64,000 bases of DNA, taken from sequence record OQ885479; one strand, given 5' to 3'. This document shows positions 7,466 through 18,741 of this stretch, in pieces. Numbering within the stretch: position 1 is the stretch's first letter; each line of letters opens with the position of its first letter. The stretch is from Escherichia phage SUT_E1520. Below the pieces are notes generated by a model. That model had not been told where the DNA came from. It searched no databases and was given only the letters and a program-made list of their open reading frames with translations. The translations under genes and the position numbers were made by a program.

Positions 7466-9388
7466 ATGAGTTTTTTCGCTGGCAAGCTAAATAATAAATC
7501 TATACTCTCTCTGCGCAGGGGTAGTGGCGGAGATACTAATCAACATATTAATCCTGACTCTCAGACCATATTCCATTCAGATATGCCCCATGTTATCATA
7601 ACAGAAACTCACTCCACAGGGTTAAGGCTAGATCAAGGTGCTGGAGATTACTACTGGTCTGATATGCCTAGCAGAATTACCCAGTTACATAATAATGATC
7701 CTAATAGAGTTGTGCTGACGGAGATTGAGTTCTCAGATGGCTCTAGACATATGTTATCCGGTATGTCTATGGGGGTAGGTGCTAAGGCGTACGGAATTAT
7801 AAATCCACAGGTCATGTCCCAGGGTGGCTTAAAAACACAAATAACAGCTAGTGCTGATCTATCCCTTGATGTAGGTTATTTTAACAGTGGAACTAGTGGA
7901 ACTATTCCCCAGAAGCTTAGAGATGGTACTGGATGTCAGCATATGTTTGGCGCCTTTAGTGGGCGTAGAGGATTTGCATCTAGTGCAATGTACTTAGGTG
8001 GTGCCGCTCTTTATAAGTCTGCCTGGGATGGTTCAGGATATATTGTGCCCAGCTCAGGATCCATAACTATCCCTAGCGACTACGTTAGGCATCCCGGAGC
8101 TAGAAACTTTGGATTTAACGCCATATATGTTCGTGGTAGATCTTGCAATAGAGTTCTTTACGGTATGGAAGGGCCTAACTATACCACTGCTGGAGCTGTG
8201 CACGGTGCTTCTAGTTCTGGGGCTCTTAACTTTATAGATAACCCTAGCAATCCCTCGGCTCCTAAGTACTCTGTAGGTTTCGCACGTGCTGATCCCACTA
8301 ACTATGCTTATTGGGAAAGTATGGGTGATCCGAATGATGCTGCTAATGGGCCTATAGGTATATATAGTGAGCACCTCGGTATTTATCCATCTAAAATTAC
8401 TTGGTATGTTACCAATCTAGTATACAATGGCTCAGGATACAGTATTGATAGTGGGCTATTTACTGGCAATGATATTAAACTTAGCCCAAGAGAGTTTATT
8501 ATTAAAGGGGTTAATGTTAATAATACGTCATGGAAGTTTATTAACTTTGTTGAGAAAAACTTTAATGTAGGTAGCAGAGCTGATTTTCGTGATGTTGGGT
8601 GTAACTTGAGTATGGGTGCCCCCTCTACTGGAGTTTCTGGCATAGCAACATTTGGGCTGCCCACTACGGAAAGCAATAACGCACCAAGTATTAAAGGTGG
8701 TAACGTTGGTGGTTTAAATACTAATGTAGTTAGTATTTATAACTTTTTACCTTCAGCATCTTGGTATGTTTCTAGTAATCCTCCAAAAATAGGCAGCAAT
8801 TATGGAGATGTTTGGAGTGAGAATCTTTTACCTTTAAGACTTCTAGGTGGTAGCGGAAGTACTGTACTATCTGGTAACATAGTATTTCAGGGTAATGGTT
8901 CCGTGCATGTTGGCACCGTGGGACTAGATCTTAATAGTAGTAGAAATGGCGCAATTGTATGTACTATGGAGTTCCTGGATGACACATGGTTGTCTGCAGG
9001 AGGTATTGGCTGCTTTAATCCTACGGAAATGCTATCTAAAGGCGCCGAATATGGAGATAGTAGGTTCAGAATGGGTGGCAATACTATCGATAAAAAACTT
9101 CACCAAATATTGTCCCTACCTGCAGGAGAATATGTACCATTTTTTACTATTAAAGGTACTGTAGTAAATGCTTGTAAATTACAGGCTGCTGGGTATACTC
9201 CAACTCCGTACTGGGTATCTGGGTTGCCGGGATCAGTAGGTCAAACGGGTTACTATACTCTAACATATTATATGAGAAATGATGGAAATAATAATATCTC
9301 TATTTGGTTAGAATCCTCTATGAGCAATATAATTGGCATGAAAGCATGCTTACCAAATATTAAACTTATAATTCAACGCCTTACCTAA
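7466..9388 (+). CDS. oad: receptor-binding tail protein pb5
   Basis: 640 aa, equal to T5 pb5; adjacent and divergent to llp; GGAG SD. Confidence 0.85.
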
Positions 9389-9398
9389 AGGAGGAAAT

Positions 9399-9881
9399 AT
9401 GGCAAATGATGTATTAGTACCAGATCTTATGTCCCCTGAAGGGATGGATGTAATTGAAGCGTATTTACAGTGCGGCAGCGATGTGCCTTCTGCCGCACGT
9501 AGTCTTGGGATGTCCGAAATTGCTTTCCGAGATATTATGAATCGTAGTGAAGTTAAGAATTACTTAAACGATATTTTTATGGAGAGTGGATTCCGTAACA
9601 GAGATCGTTTATTTGGTGTTCTAGATGAGGTTATCAAGCGTAAACTAGAGGAACTGGAAGAAACTGGCATGGGTTCTGACCAAGATATTATGGATATTCT
9701 CTGGAAAGCACATAAAATGAAAATGGAAGAAATGAAAATGATGGTAGAATTGGAGAAAGTGAAGGCAGCAGCCCGTACTCCAGCTAACCAGACCAACATC
9801 CAGAATAATATTATTGCTGGAGCTGGGGATCAAAACTACATGGACTTAATTACTTCCCTAGCTACTGGAGGTAAGAAGTAA
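9399..9881 (+). CDS. terminase small subunit (putative)
   Basis: 160 aa; HTH-like segment [17 protein letters not shown]; immediately upstream of and overlapping the large terminase start. Confidence 0.65.
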
Positions 9882-11197
9882 TGGAAGTATCAAGACCCTA
9901 CGTTAACACAGTAGATGTTATTGATTTCGGAATAGACAAACGTTTCTTTCGTTTACCTGTTTCGGGAATACTAGCACAAGAAGGTATTACACCTAATGGT
10001 CCTCAAATAGCAATCATCAATGCTTTAGAGGACCCTAGACATCGTTTTGTAACGGCGTGTGTATCACGCCGTGTAGGTAAATCCTTCATCGCATACACAC
10101 TTGGGTTCCTAAAATTGTTGGAACCTAATGTGAAAGTGTTAGTAGTTGCCCCTAACTACTCACTAGCCAACATCGGATGGTCTCAGATTCGGGGTCTTAT
10201 TAAAAAATATGGCCTACAAACCGAACGTGAGAATGCTAAAGATAAAGAGATTGAGCTGGCAAACGGCTCACTGTTTAAACTAGCTTCTGCAGCTCAGGCT
10301 GACTCCGCAGTTGGACGTTCATATGACTTTATCATCTTTGATGAGGCGGCAATTTCCGATGTGGGTGGTGATGCCTTTAGAGTTCAGTTGCGTCCTACCC
10401 TAGATAAACCAAACTCTAAGGCTCTATTTATCTCTACTCCTCGTGGTGGTAACTGGTTTAAAGAGTTTTATGCCTACGGATTTGATGATACATTACCTAA
10501 CTGGGTATCTATTCATGGTACATATCGTGATAACCCACGTGCTGATCTGAATGATATCGAAGAAGCACGTCGTACAGTTAGTAAAAACTACTTTCGCCAA
10601 GAATACGAGGCTGACTTCTCTGTATTCGAAGGTCAGATCTTCGATACCTTTAATGCTATAGACCATGTTAAAGACCTTAAAGGTATGCGTCACTTCTTTA
10701 AAGATGATGAAGCATTCGAAACATTGCTTGGTATTGACGTTGGTTATCGTGATCCTACAGCAGTTCTTACTATTAAATATCATTACGATACGGATACTTA
10801 CTATGTATTAGAAGAGTACCAGCAGGCGGAGAAAACCACAGCTCAGCATGCTACGTATATTCAGCACTGTATAGATCGTTATAAAGTTGATCGTGTTTTT
10901 GTTGACTCTGCCGCAGCTCAGTTCCGTCAGGACTTAGCTTATGAACATGAAATTGCATCGGCTCCAGCTAAAAAATCTGTCCTAGATGGATTAGCATGTT
11001 TACAAGCACTATTCCAACAAGGCAAGATTATTGTGGATGCTTCATGTTCCTCATTAATTCACGCATTGCAGAATTACAAGTGGGATTTCCAAGAAGGTGA
11101 AGAAAAATTATCACGTGAAAAACCACGTCATGATGCTAACTCTCACCTCTGTGATGCTCTGCGCTATGGAATTTACTCTATTTCCCGTGGTAAATAA
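9881..11197 (+). CDS. terminase large subunit
   Basis: 438 aa; Walker A-like VSRRVGKSF, Walker B-like FIIFDEA, C-terminal nuclease-type acidic residues. Confidence 0.9.
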   Translation: MEVSRPYVNTVDVIDFGIDKRFFRLPVSGILAQEGITPNGPQIAIINALEDPRHRFVTACVSRRVGKSFIAYTLGFLKLLEPNVKVLVVAPNYSLANIGWSQIRGLIKKYGLQTERENAKDKEIELANGSLFKLASAAQADSAVGRSYDFIIFDEAAISDVGGDAFRVQLRPTLDKPNSKALFISTPRGGNWFKEFYAYGFDDTLPNWVSIHGTYRDNPRADLNDIEEARRTVSKNYFRQEYEADFSVFEGQIFDTFNAIDHVKDLKGMRHFFKDDEAFETLLGIDVGYRDPTAVLTIKYHYDTDTYYVLEEYQQAEKTTAQHATYIQHCIDRYKVDRVFVDSAAAQFRQDLAYEHEIASAPAKKSVLDGLACLQALFQQGKIIVDASCSSLIHALQNYKWDFQEGEEKLSREKPRHDANSHLCDALRYGIYSISRGK

Positions 11198-11311
11198 ATA
11201 AGTATAGGAAGGGATACTACTCAGTTGGTATCCCATTCCTGCATTTTAAAATCCCCTTTACAAATTCGATACGATTATGTATACTATATTCATACAGTTG
11301 AGGAGAACACT

Positions 11312-11749
11312 ATGGCAAGCAATATAAAATATAAACGCGATGCTATATCCCTTATGAGAGACGGAATAAAAAGTCAATATAAAAAAGACTCTCAATGTGC
11401 TATCTGCGGTTGTGCTGAAGAATTAGAGCTTCATCATTACCATACGGTGTCTCTACTAGTTAAAAAATTTGCTAAAGAACTCCAATTGGATTTCACTGAC
11501 GAAGAAATAGTCCTTTCAAATAGGACGGCATTCTATGATCGATATAGGCATGAGCTAGTAGAAGACACTGTTACCCTTTGTGTACACCATCACCAATTAT
11601 TACATAAGGTTTACACAAAAGAACCTCCTTTATTTTCTGCTAATAAGCAAAAAGTGTGGGTTCAAAAGCAGAAAGACAAATTACAGAATCCTCAAGAAAA
11701 GACACAAGTCAAGACTGAAACAAAATCAGGATTCGCAAGGTTCTTATAA
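11312..11749 (+). CDS. HNH endonuclease (terminase-associated)
   Basis: CAICGC...HHYH...CVHHHQLLH zinc/HNH signature; start set at ATG 11312 with GAGGAG SD rather than the track's upstream start. Confidence 0.7.
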   Translation: MASNIKYKRDAISLMRDGIKSQYKKDSQCAICGCAEELELHHYHTVSLLVKKFAKELQLDFTDEEIVLSNRTAFYDRYRHELVEDTVTLCVHHHQLLHKVYTKEPPLFSANKQKVWVQKQKDKLQNPQEKTQVKTETKSGFARFL

Positions 11750-12966
11750 TGGGTTTTAAAAGCTGGATTACTGAAAAGCTAAATCCGGGTCAACGTATTA
11801 TAAGAGACATGGAACCAGTTAGTCATCGCACTAACCGTAAGCCTTTTACCACTGGACAAGCCTACAGTAAAATTGAGATTCTCAATAGAACTGCTAATAT
11901 GGTTATAGATAGTGCGGCGGAGTGTTCTTATACTGTCGGAGATAAATATAATATTGTCACGTATGCCAATGGCATCAAGGCAAAGACTCTAGACACTCTC
12001 TTAAATGTACGACCTAATCCATTCATGGATATAAGCACATTCCGTAGACTTGTAGTCACTGACCTACTTTTTGAAGGTTGTGCATACATCTATTGGGATG
12101 GCACAGCACTTTACCATGTCCCTGCTGCATTAATGCAAGTAGAGGCAGATGCCAATAAGTTTATCAAAAAATTTATATTTAATAACCAGATAGACTATCG
12201 CGTAGATGAGATTATCTTTATAAAGGATAACAGTTACGTGTGTGGCACAAATTCTCAAATTTCTGGACAATCTCGTGTTGCTACTGTTATTGACTCTCTT
12301 GAGAAGCGTTCTAAGATGCTTAACTTTAAAGAGAAATTCCTCGATAATGGAACTGTGATTGGTCTTATTCTTGAGACGGATGAAATCCTGAACAAGAAAT
12401 TGCGTGAGCGTAAACAAGAAGAATTACAACTAGATTATAATCCTAGTACTGGTCAGTCCTCTGTCCTGATTCTAGATGGTGGTATGAAAGCTAAACCGTA
12501 CTCCCAAATATCCTCTTTTAAAGACCTAGACTTCAAGGAAGACATTGAAGGATTTAATAAATCTATCTGTCTAGCCTTTGGTGTTCCGCAAGTACTGCTT
12601 GATGGTGGTAATAATGCGAACATTCGACCAAATATCGAACTGTTCTATTATATGACTATCATTCCTATGCTGAACAAACTGACTAGTTCTCTTACTTTCT
12701 TTTTTGGTTATAAGATTACTCCTAATACTAAGGAAGTAGCTGCATTAACACCAGATAAAGAAGCTGAGGCTAAACATTTAACCTCATTGGTTAATAATGG
12801 TATTATGACTGGTAACGAAGCTCGTTTAGAGCTGAACCTTGAACCTTTAGATGATGAGCAGATGGATAAGATTCGTATTCCTGCTAACGTTGCTGGTTCT
12901 GTAACAGGTGTATCTGGTCAAGAAGGTGGCAGACCTCAAGGTTCCACCGAGGGAGATAAAGAATGA
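11749..12966 (+). CDS. portal protein (pb7-like)
   Basis: 405 aa; position after terminase and HNH; size matches T5 portal. Confidence 0.8.
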   Translation: MGFKSWITEKLNPGQRIIRDMEPVSHRTNRKPFTTGQAYSKIEILNRTANMVIDSAAECSYTVGDKYNIVTYANGIKAKTLDTLLNVRPNPFMDISTFRRLVVTDLLFEGCAYIYWDGTALYHVPAALMQVEADANKFIKKFIFNNQIDYRVDEIIFIKDNSYVCGTNSQISGQSRVATVIDSLEKRSKMLNFKEKFLDNGTVIGLILETDEILNKKLRERKQEELQLDYNPSTGQSSVLILDGGMKAKPYSQISSFKDLDFKEDIEGFNKSICLAFGVPQVLLDGGNNANIRPNIELFYYMTIIPMLNKLTSSLTFFFGYKITPNTKEVAALTPDKEAEAKHLTSLVNNGIMTGNEARLELNLEPLDDEQMDKIRIPANVAGSVTGVSGQEGGRPQGSTEGDKE

Positions 12967-13445
12967 TTGATTATAATGGTCTAAAGACCATTTTTGGTGA
13001 AAAACTACCAGAATCTCATATCTTCTTTGCTACGGTTGCTGCGCATAAATATGTTCCTAGCTATGCTTTTCTGCGTAGAGAACTAGGACTTTCATCTGCG
13101 CATACTAACCGTAAAGTATGGAAGAAATTTGTAGAGGCTTATGGTAAAGCAGTTCCTCCTGCTCCACCATTAACTCTTTCTAAAGATTTAACTGCTAGTA
13201 TGTCTATTACAGAAGGTACAGCATTAACACTTTCTGTTACTGCAACCGGCGGAACTGGTCCTTATACTTATGCATGGACTAAAGATGGTTCTCCTATTCC
13301 AGATGCTTCAGGAGCTACCTATACTAAGCCTGCAGCAGCTACTGATGATTCGGGAGTCTATAAAGTAACGGTTACAGATAGCAAGAAAGTTAGTAAACCT
13401 TCTACTGCATGCACAGTAACGGTTAATCCCGGTGTTGGAGGCTAA
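12963..13445 (+). CDS. capsid decoration protein with C-terminal Ig-like domain (pb10-like)
   Basis: 160 aa; Ig-like segment TATGGTGPYTYAWTKDGSPI...GVYKVTVTD. Confidence 0.6.
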   Translation: MIDYNGLKTIFGEKLPESHIFFATVAAHKYVPSYAFLRRELGLSSAHTNRKVWKKFVEAYGKAVPPAPPLTLSKDLTASMSITEGTALTLSVTATGGTGPYTYAWTKDGSPIPDASGATYTKPAAATDDSGVYKVTVTDSKKVSKPSTACTVTVNPGVGG

Positions 13446-13448
13446 TAA

Positions 13449-14081
13449 ATGACACAAGCTGCTATTGACTATAACAAGTTAAAATCAGCACCGGTTCATT
13501 TAGATGCTTATATTAAATCTATTGATAGCGAATCCAAAGAGGGTGTTGTAAAAATCCGTGGATTCGCTAATACAATTAGTAAAGATCGCGCTGGTGATGT
13601 AATTCCTGCCTCTGCATGGAAAACATCTAATGCACTTGCTAACTACATGAAAAACCCGATTATTCTTTTCGGACACGACCATCGTCGTCCAATCGGCAAG
13701 TGTATTGATCTTAATCCTACTGAAATGGGTCTCGAAATCGAATGTGAGATCTATGAAAGTTCTGACCCGGCTATCTTTTCGCTAATTAAAAACGGTGTAC
13801 TGAAAACTTTTAGTATCGGATTCCGCTGCCTAGATGCAGAGTGGGATGAAGCTACTGATATATTTATTATTAAAGATTTAGAACTATACGAAGTTTCGGT
13901 AGTTTCTGTACCTTGTAATCAGGACTCAACATTCAATCTCGCTAAGAGTATGAATGGTCATGATTATACTGAATGGCGTAAATCTTTTACTGCAATAAGT
14001 TCTAAAGCTGTCCCAGCTCAAGAACGTAATCTTTCTGAACTAGAAAAACTTGCGATAGCTTTAGGCTACGTTAAAGAATAA
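13449..14081 (+). CDS. prohead protease (pb11-like, HK97 family)
   Basis: 210 aa; protease immediately upstream of the major capsid gene; FGHDH segment. Confidence 0.8.
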   Translation: MTQAAIDYNKLKSAPVHLDAYIKSIDSESKEGVVKIRGFANTISKDRAGDVIPASAWKTSNALANYMKNPIILFGHDHRRPIGKCIDLNPTEMGLEIECEIYESSDPAIFSLIKNGVLKTFSIGFRCLDAEWDEATDIFIIKDLELYEVSVVSVPCNQDSTFNLAKSMNGHDYTEWRKSFTAISSKAVPAQERNLSELEKLAIALGYVKE

Positions 14082-14098
14082 CGGAGAATTATTTAAAA

Positions 14099-15475
14099 AT
14101 GACTATTGATATTAATAAGCTGAAAGAAGAACTTGGTCTGGGTGATCTGGCTAAATCTCTGGAAGGTCTGACCGCTGCTCAGAAAGCTGCTGAAGCTGAA
14201 CGTATGCGTAAAGAGCAGGAAGAAAAAGAACTGGCTCGTATGAATGACCTGGTTTCTAAAGCAGTTGGCGAAGATCGTCAGAAGCTAGAAGAAGCTCTGG
14301 AACTGGTTAAATCCCTGGATGAGAAATCTAAGAAGAGCGCAGAACTGTTTGCACAGACTGTAGAAAAACAGCAGGAAACTATTGTTGGTCTTCAGGACGA
14401 AATCAAATCTCTGCTAGCAGCTCGTGAAGGTCGTTCCTTCGTTGGTGATAGCGTAGCTAAAGCACTGTACGGTACTCAGGAAAACTTTGAAGATGAAGTT
14501 GAAAAACTGGTTCTTCTGTCTTACGTGATGGAAAAAGGTGTATTTGATACCGAACATGGCCAGAGACACCTGAAAACTGTAAACCAGTCCTCTTCAGTAG
14601 AAGTTTCTAGTGAAAGCTACGAAACTATTTTCTCCCAGCGTATTATTCGTGACCTGCAGAAAGAACTAGTAGTTGGTGCTCTGTTTGAAGAACTGCCAAT
14701 GTCCAGCAAAATTCTTACTATGCTGGTTGAACCAGATGCTGGTAAAGCTACTTGGGTAGATGCTAGCGCATATGGTACTGATGCTACTACTGGTGACGAA
14801 GTTAAAGGTGCTCTGACTGAAATTCAGTTCAAAACCTATAAACTGGCTGCTAAGTCCTTCATTACTGATGAAACTGAAGAAGATGCAATCTTCTCCCTGC
14901 TACCGCTGCTGCGTAAGCGTCTGATTGAAGCACACGCTGTTTCTATCGAAGAAGCTTTCATGACTGGTGACGGTACTGGTAAGCCTAAGGGTCTGCTGAA
15001 ACTGGCTGAAGGCGATAGTGCTAAAGTTATTACTGAAGCTAAAGCTGATGGTTCTGTTCTGGTAACTGCTAAAACTATCTCTAAACTGCGCCGTAAACTG
15101 GGCCGTCATGGTCTGAAACTGAGCAAACTGGTACTGATTGTATCTATGGATGCTTATTACGATCTGCTGGAAGATGAAGAATGGCAGGATGTTGCCCAAG
15201 TTGGTAATGATGCTGTTAAACTGCAAGGTCAGGTTGGTCGTATTTACGGTCTGCCGGTTGTAGTTTCTGAGTTCTTCCCGGCTAAAGCTAACTCTGCAGA
15301 GTTCGCAGTTATTGTTTATAAAGATAACTTCGTAATGCCGCGTCAGCGTGCTGTTACTGTTGAACGTGAGCGCCAAGCTGGTAAACAGCGTGATGCGTAC
15401 TACGTTACTCAGCGTGTTAACCTGCAACGTTACTTTAATAACGGCGTTGTATCTGGTGCTTACGCTGCATCTTAA
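14099..15475 (+). CDS. major capsid protein precursor (pb8-like) with N-terminal scaffolding domain
   Basis: 458 aa; N-terminal coiled coil of about 150 aa; strongly biased codon usage; followed by a strong terminator. Confidence 0.9.
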   Translation: MTIDINKLKEELGLGDLAKSLEGLTAAQKAAEAERMRKEQEEKELARMNDLVSKAVGEDRQKLEEALELVKSLDEKSKKSAELFAQTVEKQQETIVGLQDEIKSLLAAREGRSFVGDSVAKALYGTQENFEDEVEKLVLLSYVMEKGVFDTEHGQRHLKTVNQSSSVEVSSESYETIFSQRIIRDLQKELVVGALFEELPMSSKILTMLVEPDAGKATWVDASAYGTDATTGDEVKGALTEIQFKTYKLAAKSFITDETEEDAIFSLLPLLRKRLIEAHAVSIEEAFMTGDGTGKPKGLLKLAEGDSAKVITEAKADGSVLVTAKTISKLRRKLGRHGLKLSKLVLIVSMDAYYDLLEDEEWQDVAQVGNDAVKLQGQVGRIYGLPVVVSEFFPAKANSAEFAVIVYKDNFVMPRQRAVTVERERQAGKQRDAYYVTQRVNLQRYFNNGVVSGAYAAS

Positions 15476-15495
15476 TACAGGCTTTTCAGCCGATA

Positions 15496-15522
15496 AGGAG
15501 AGCTTCGGCTCTCCTTTTTTAT
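15496..15522 (+). terminator. rho-independent terminator after major capsid gene
   Basis: AGGAGAGC-TTCG-GCTCTCCT stem-loop followed by TTTTTT. Confidence 0.8.
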
Positions 15523-15535
15523 TGGGGAAAAATAA

Positions 15536-16048
15536 ATGCAAATCATTACAGCCGAAGATTATAGATTATATGGTAGCTTAAAGCGACCTGAACTAGAATC
15601 CGGTGTAGAAATGATGATTACTGCTGCCAATGCGCTGATTACGAGCCTTCTAGGCATGGATGATGCTGATGCGGTAGACCAGTTAATCAATACAAAACCT
15701 ACACGTAGGAAATATTTTCTGAGTTCACCATCTGCTACCTCCGTAACTAAAGTGACGATTAATGATAATGAGATTGACCCAGAGCAGTATAAACTATACT
15801 CTGACGGTATTATCCTTCTCAAATTTAATCCTCCAGAAGGTTATATGGACGTAGCGTATACACAAGGTGGATTTAACCCAGTGCCTGAAGATCTTAAGTT
15901 AGCAGCGTGTATGCTAGTAGATCATTGGCATAAACAAGATTATCGCCAAGCTAAAACAATTGGTGGTGAAACAGTAACCTTCAATAGCACTAAGTCTGGT
16001 ATTCCAGAGCATATTCGTACTATTATTGAAGTATACAGGAGAGTATAA
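15536..16048 (+). CDS. head completion / connector protein (putative)
   Basis: 170 aa; position between capsid and tail genes. Confidence 0.5.
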   Translation: MQIITAEDYRLYGSLKRPELESGVEMMITAANALITSLLGMDDADAVDQLINTKPTRRKYFLSSPSATSVTKVTINDNEIDPEQYKLYSDGIILLKFNPPEGYMDVAYTQGGFNPVPEDLKLAACMLVDHWHKQDYRQAKTIGGETVTFNSTKSGIPEHIRTIIEVYRRV

Positions 16049-16815
16049 TGTCTCTTTCCGATCTAGCTAAACAAATTATTAAAGAGCAGCTAGATACTGC
16101 AGGACGATCTGAAAATAATAAGAATACTGTTGTGTACTCTGTTGAGACAGGGTTAAAAGATCCTACCAGAGATGGTACTGTTGCTCAAGTATCTTTTAAG
16201 TTTTCAAAACCCGTATCACAAGATCTTCTTGATGTTAGAACAGCCTCTATACTAAAAGCGGTATCCTCTAGTTTAGATCTTTCGGGAGATTTAGGTGCTC
16301 TAGAGAACTTAATACAAGCAACCGCTGGTAAAAAATCTGCTGTAGGTAAAAAACGTTCTACAGGTAGAGTACAGGTAAACTTCGGTGATCCTAGAGATGT
16401 GGAAGATGGTTATTCTGGTGCAGTAACAGGTGCTTCCGGTCGTTTTGTATCAAATAGTAATATGCGTACTATTCTTGAAATAGTTGCTAAGGAATATTTG
16501 ATAAAAGATATGAAAAAGGCAGGAGCGCCATTAAAGTTTAGAACTGGTAGATTTGCAAATTCTCTAAAAATTAAAGATGTTATGCTTAGGGATGCAGAGA
16601 CTAGTAAAGGTGCCCCCGAACTAAACGTGACGTATAATTATATGGTACGTCCATATTCTGTATTTAATCCAGCAGTATCTACATATAGAAGATTATCTTT
16701 ACGACCCTACCCAGGTGCTAGAAACCCACAAAAACTTATTGGTGAGGCTATAGCAAAAGCTGCAAGAGACCTGATTCACTCTAGATATAAAATCAAGGTT
16801 AATCAAGGAACCTAA
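16048..16815 (+). CDS. neck / head-to-tail joining protein (putative)
   Basis: 255 aa; synteny. Confidence 0.5.
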   Translation: MSLSDLAKQIIKEQLDTAGRSENNKNTVVYSVETGLKDPTRDGTVAQVSFKFSKPVSQDLLDVRTASILKAVSSSLDLSGDLGALENLIQATAGKKSAVGKKRSTGRVQVNFGDPRDVEDGYSGAVTGASGRFVSNSNMRTILEIVAKEYLIKDMKKAGAPLKFRTGRFANSLKIKDVMLRDAETSKGAPELNVTYNYMVRPYSVFNPAVSTYRRLSLRPYPGARNPQKLIGEAIAKAARDLIHSRYKIKVNQGT

Positions 16816-16818
16816 TAA

Positions 16819-17304
16819 ATGGATCATAGAACAAGTATTGCACAAGCTCTGGTTGACCGTATATCTAAACAGTTGGACGGTTCTCAACCTGACGAATATT
16901 TTAATAACCTATATGGAAACGTTTCTCGTCAAACTTATAAATTTGAGGAAATACGAGAGTTTCCTTATGTGGCAGTTCATATCGGAACTGAAACTGGGCA
17001 GTATCTTCCTTCAGGCCAACAGTGGATGTTTTTAGAACTTCCAATCCTGGTGTACGATAAAGAGAAAACAGACATTCAAGAGCAACTTGAAAAACTCGTA
17101 GCGGATATAAAAACCGTTATTGACACAGGTGGAAATTTAGAATATACTGTTAGTAAACCTAATGGATCGACCTTCCCATGTGAGGCAACTGATATGATCA
17201 TTACATCAGTTAGTACAGATGAGGGTCTACTGGCCCCATATGGTTTAGCAGAAATAAATGTAACAGTGAGGTATCAGCCTCCACGTAGGTCACTTCGCAG
17301 ATAA
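16819..17304 (+). CDS. tail completion (terminator) protein (putative)
   Basis: 161 aa; immediately upstream of tail tube gene. Confidence 0.55.
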   Translation: MDHRTSIAQALVDRISKQLDGSQPDEYFNNLYGNVSRQTYKFEEIREFPYVAVHIGTETGQYLPSGQQWMFLELPILVYDKEKTDIQEQLEKLVADIKTVIDTGGNLEYTVSKPNGSTFPCEATDMIITSVSTDEGLLAPYGLAEINVTVRYQPPRRSLRR

Positions 17305-17330
17305 GTTACAGATTAGGAGAAAATAATTAA

Positions 17331-18737
17331 ATGTCTTTACAACTATTACGTAATACTCGAATCTTCGTGTCTACGGTTAAGACTGGTCATAATAAGACCA
17401 ACACGCAAGAGATTCTAGTTCAGGATGATATTTCTTGGGGTCAGGACAGTAACTCAACAGATATTACTGTTAATGAAGCTGGTCCGCGTCCAACTCGTGG
17501 TTCTAAACGTTTTAATGACTCTTTAAACGCGGCTGAGTGGAGTTTCTCTACTTATATCCTTCCGTATAAAGATAAAACTACTAACAAACAGATTGTTCCT
17601 GACTATATGTTATGGCACGCTCTTTCTAGTGGTAAAGCTCTTAACCTAGAAGGTGACACAGGAGCACATAATAACGAAACCAATTTTATGGTTAACTTTA
17701 AAGATAACGCGTACCACGAACTGGCAATGCTGCATATCTACATCCTGACTGACAAAGCATGGAGTTACATCGACTCTTGCCAGATCAACCAGGCAGAAGT
17801 TAACGTTGATATTGAGGATATTGGTCGTGTAACTTGGTCAGGTAATGGTAACCAGCTTATTCCTTTGGATGAGCAACCATTTGATCCTGATACTGTAGGT
17901 ATTGATGATGAAACTTATATGACTATTCAGAGTTCTTATATTAAGAACAAACTGACTATCCTGAAAATTAAGGATATGGATTCTGATAAGGCATATGATA
18001 TCCCTATTACTGGTGGTACTTTCACCATTAATAACAACATCACGTACCTAACCCCGAATATTATGTCCCGTGTAAATATTCCGATCGGTTCATTTACTGG
18101 TGCATTTGAATTAACTGGTTCACTAACTGCCTATCTAAATGATAAATCTCTTGGTTCTATGGAACTGTACAAAGATCTTATCAAAACCTTGAAGGTAGTT
18201 AACAAGTTTGAAATCGCACTTATCCTTGGTGGTGAATACGATGATGAACGTCCGGCAGCTGTGCTGGTTGCTAAACAGGCTCACGTTAACATTCCTACTA
18301 TTGAGACTGATGATGTACTTGGTACTTCAGTAGAGTTTAAAGCTATCCCTACAGATTTGGATACTGGTGATGAAGGTTATCTTGGTTTCTCTAACAAGTA
18401 TACTAAAACCACTGTGGCTAATCTGATTGCTACAGGAGATGGAGCTAAAACTCCACCAAAACTAGTTGAATCAATCACAGTTAAATCTGTTGGTAATGCT
18501 ACTTCAGTACAGAACAGTAATACTCTACAGATGTCTGTTGAAGTAACTCCGCCAGATGCTACTAATAGTGCTGTAACTTGGTCTATTTCTAGTGGTGATG
18601 CAGCTACAATTGATCCAGAATCTGGTTTATTAACTGCGGACACTACTAAGACAGGTTCTGTTACTGTCAAAGCTGTAGCTAAAGACGGTTCTGGTGTAGA
18701 AGGTACTAAGAGCATTACAGTTACTGCTGGTGGCTAA
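17331..18737 (+). CDS. major tail tube protein (pb6-like) with C-terminal Ig-like domain
   Basis: 468 aa; C-terminal Ig-like segment; AGGAG SD. Confidence 0.85.
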   Translation: MSLQLLRNTRIFVSTVKTGHNKTNTQEILVQDDISWGQDSNSTDITVNEAGPRPTRGSKRFNDSLNAAEWSFSTYILPYKDKTTNKQIVPDYMLWHALSSGKALNLEGDTGAHNNETNFMVNFKDNAYHELAMLHIYILTDKAWSYIDSCQINQAEVNVDIEDIGRVTWSGNGNQLIPLDEQPFDPDTVGIDDETYMTIQSSYIKNKLTILKIKDMDSDKAYDIPITGGTFTINNNITYLTPNIMSRVNIPIGSFTGAFELTGSLTAYLNDKSLGSMELYKDLIKTLKVVNKFEIALILGGEYDDERPAAVLVAKQAHVNIPTIETDDVLGTSVEFKAIPTDLDTGDEGYLGFSNKYTKTTVANLIATGDGAKTPPKLVESITVKSVGNATSVQNSNTLQMSVEVTPPDATNSAVTWSISSGDAATIDPESGLLTADTTKTGSVTVKAVAKDGSGVEGTKSITVTAGG

Positions 18738-18741
18738 TTAA

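Noticed and set aside
14900-15541. 213-aa minus-strand ORF inside the major capsid gene
   Set aside because: Antisense to a highly expressed gene with strong codon bias; crosses a + strand terminator.
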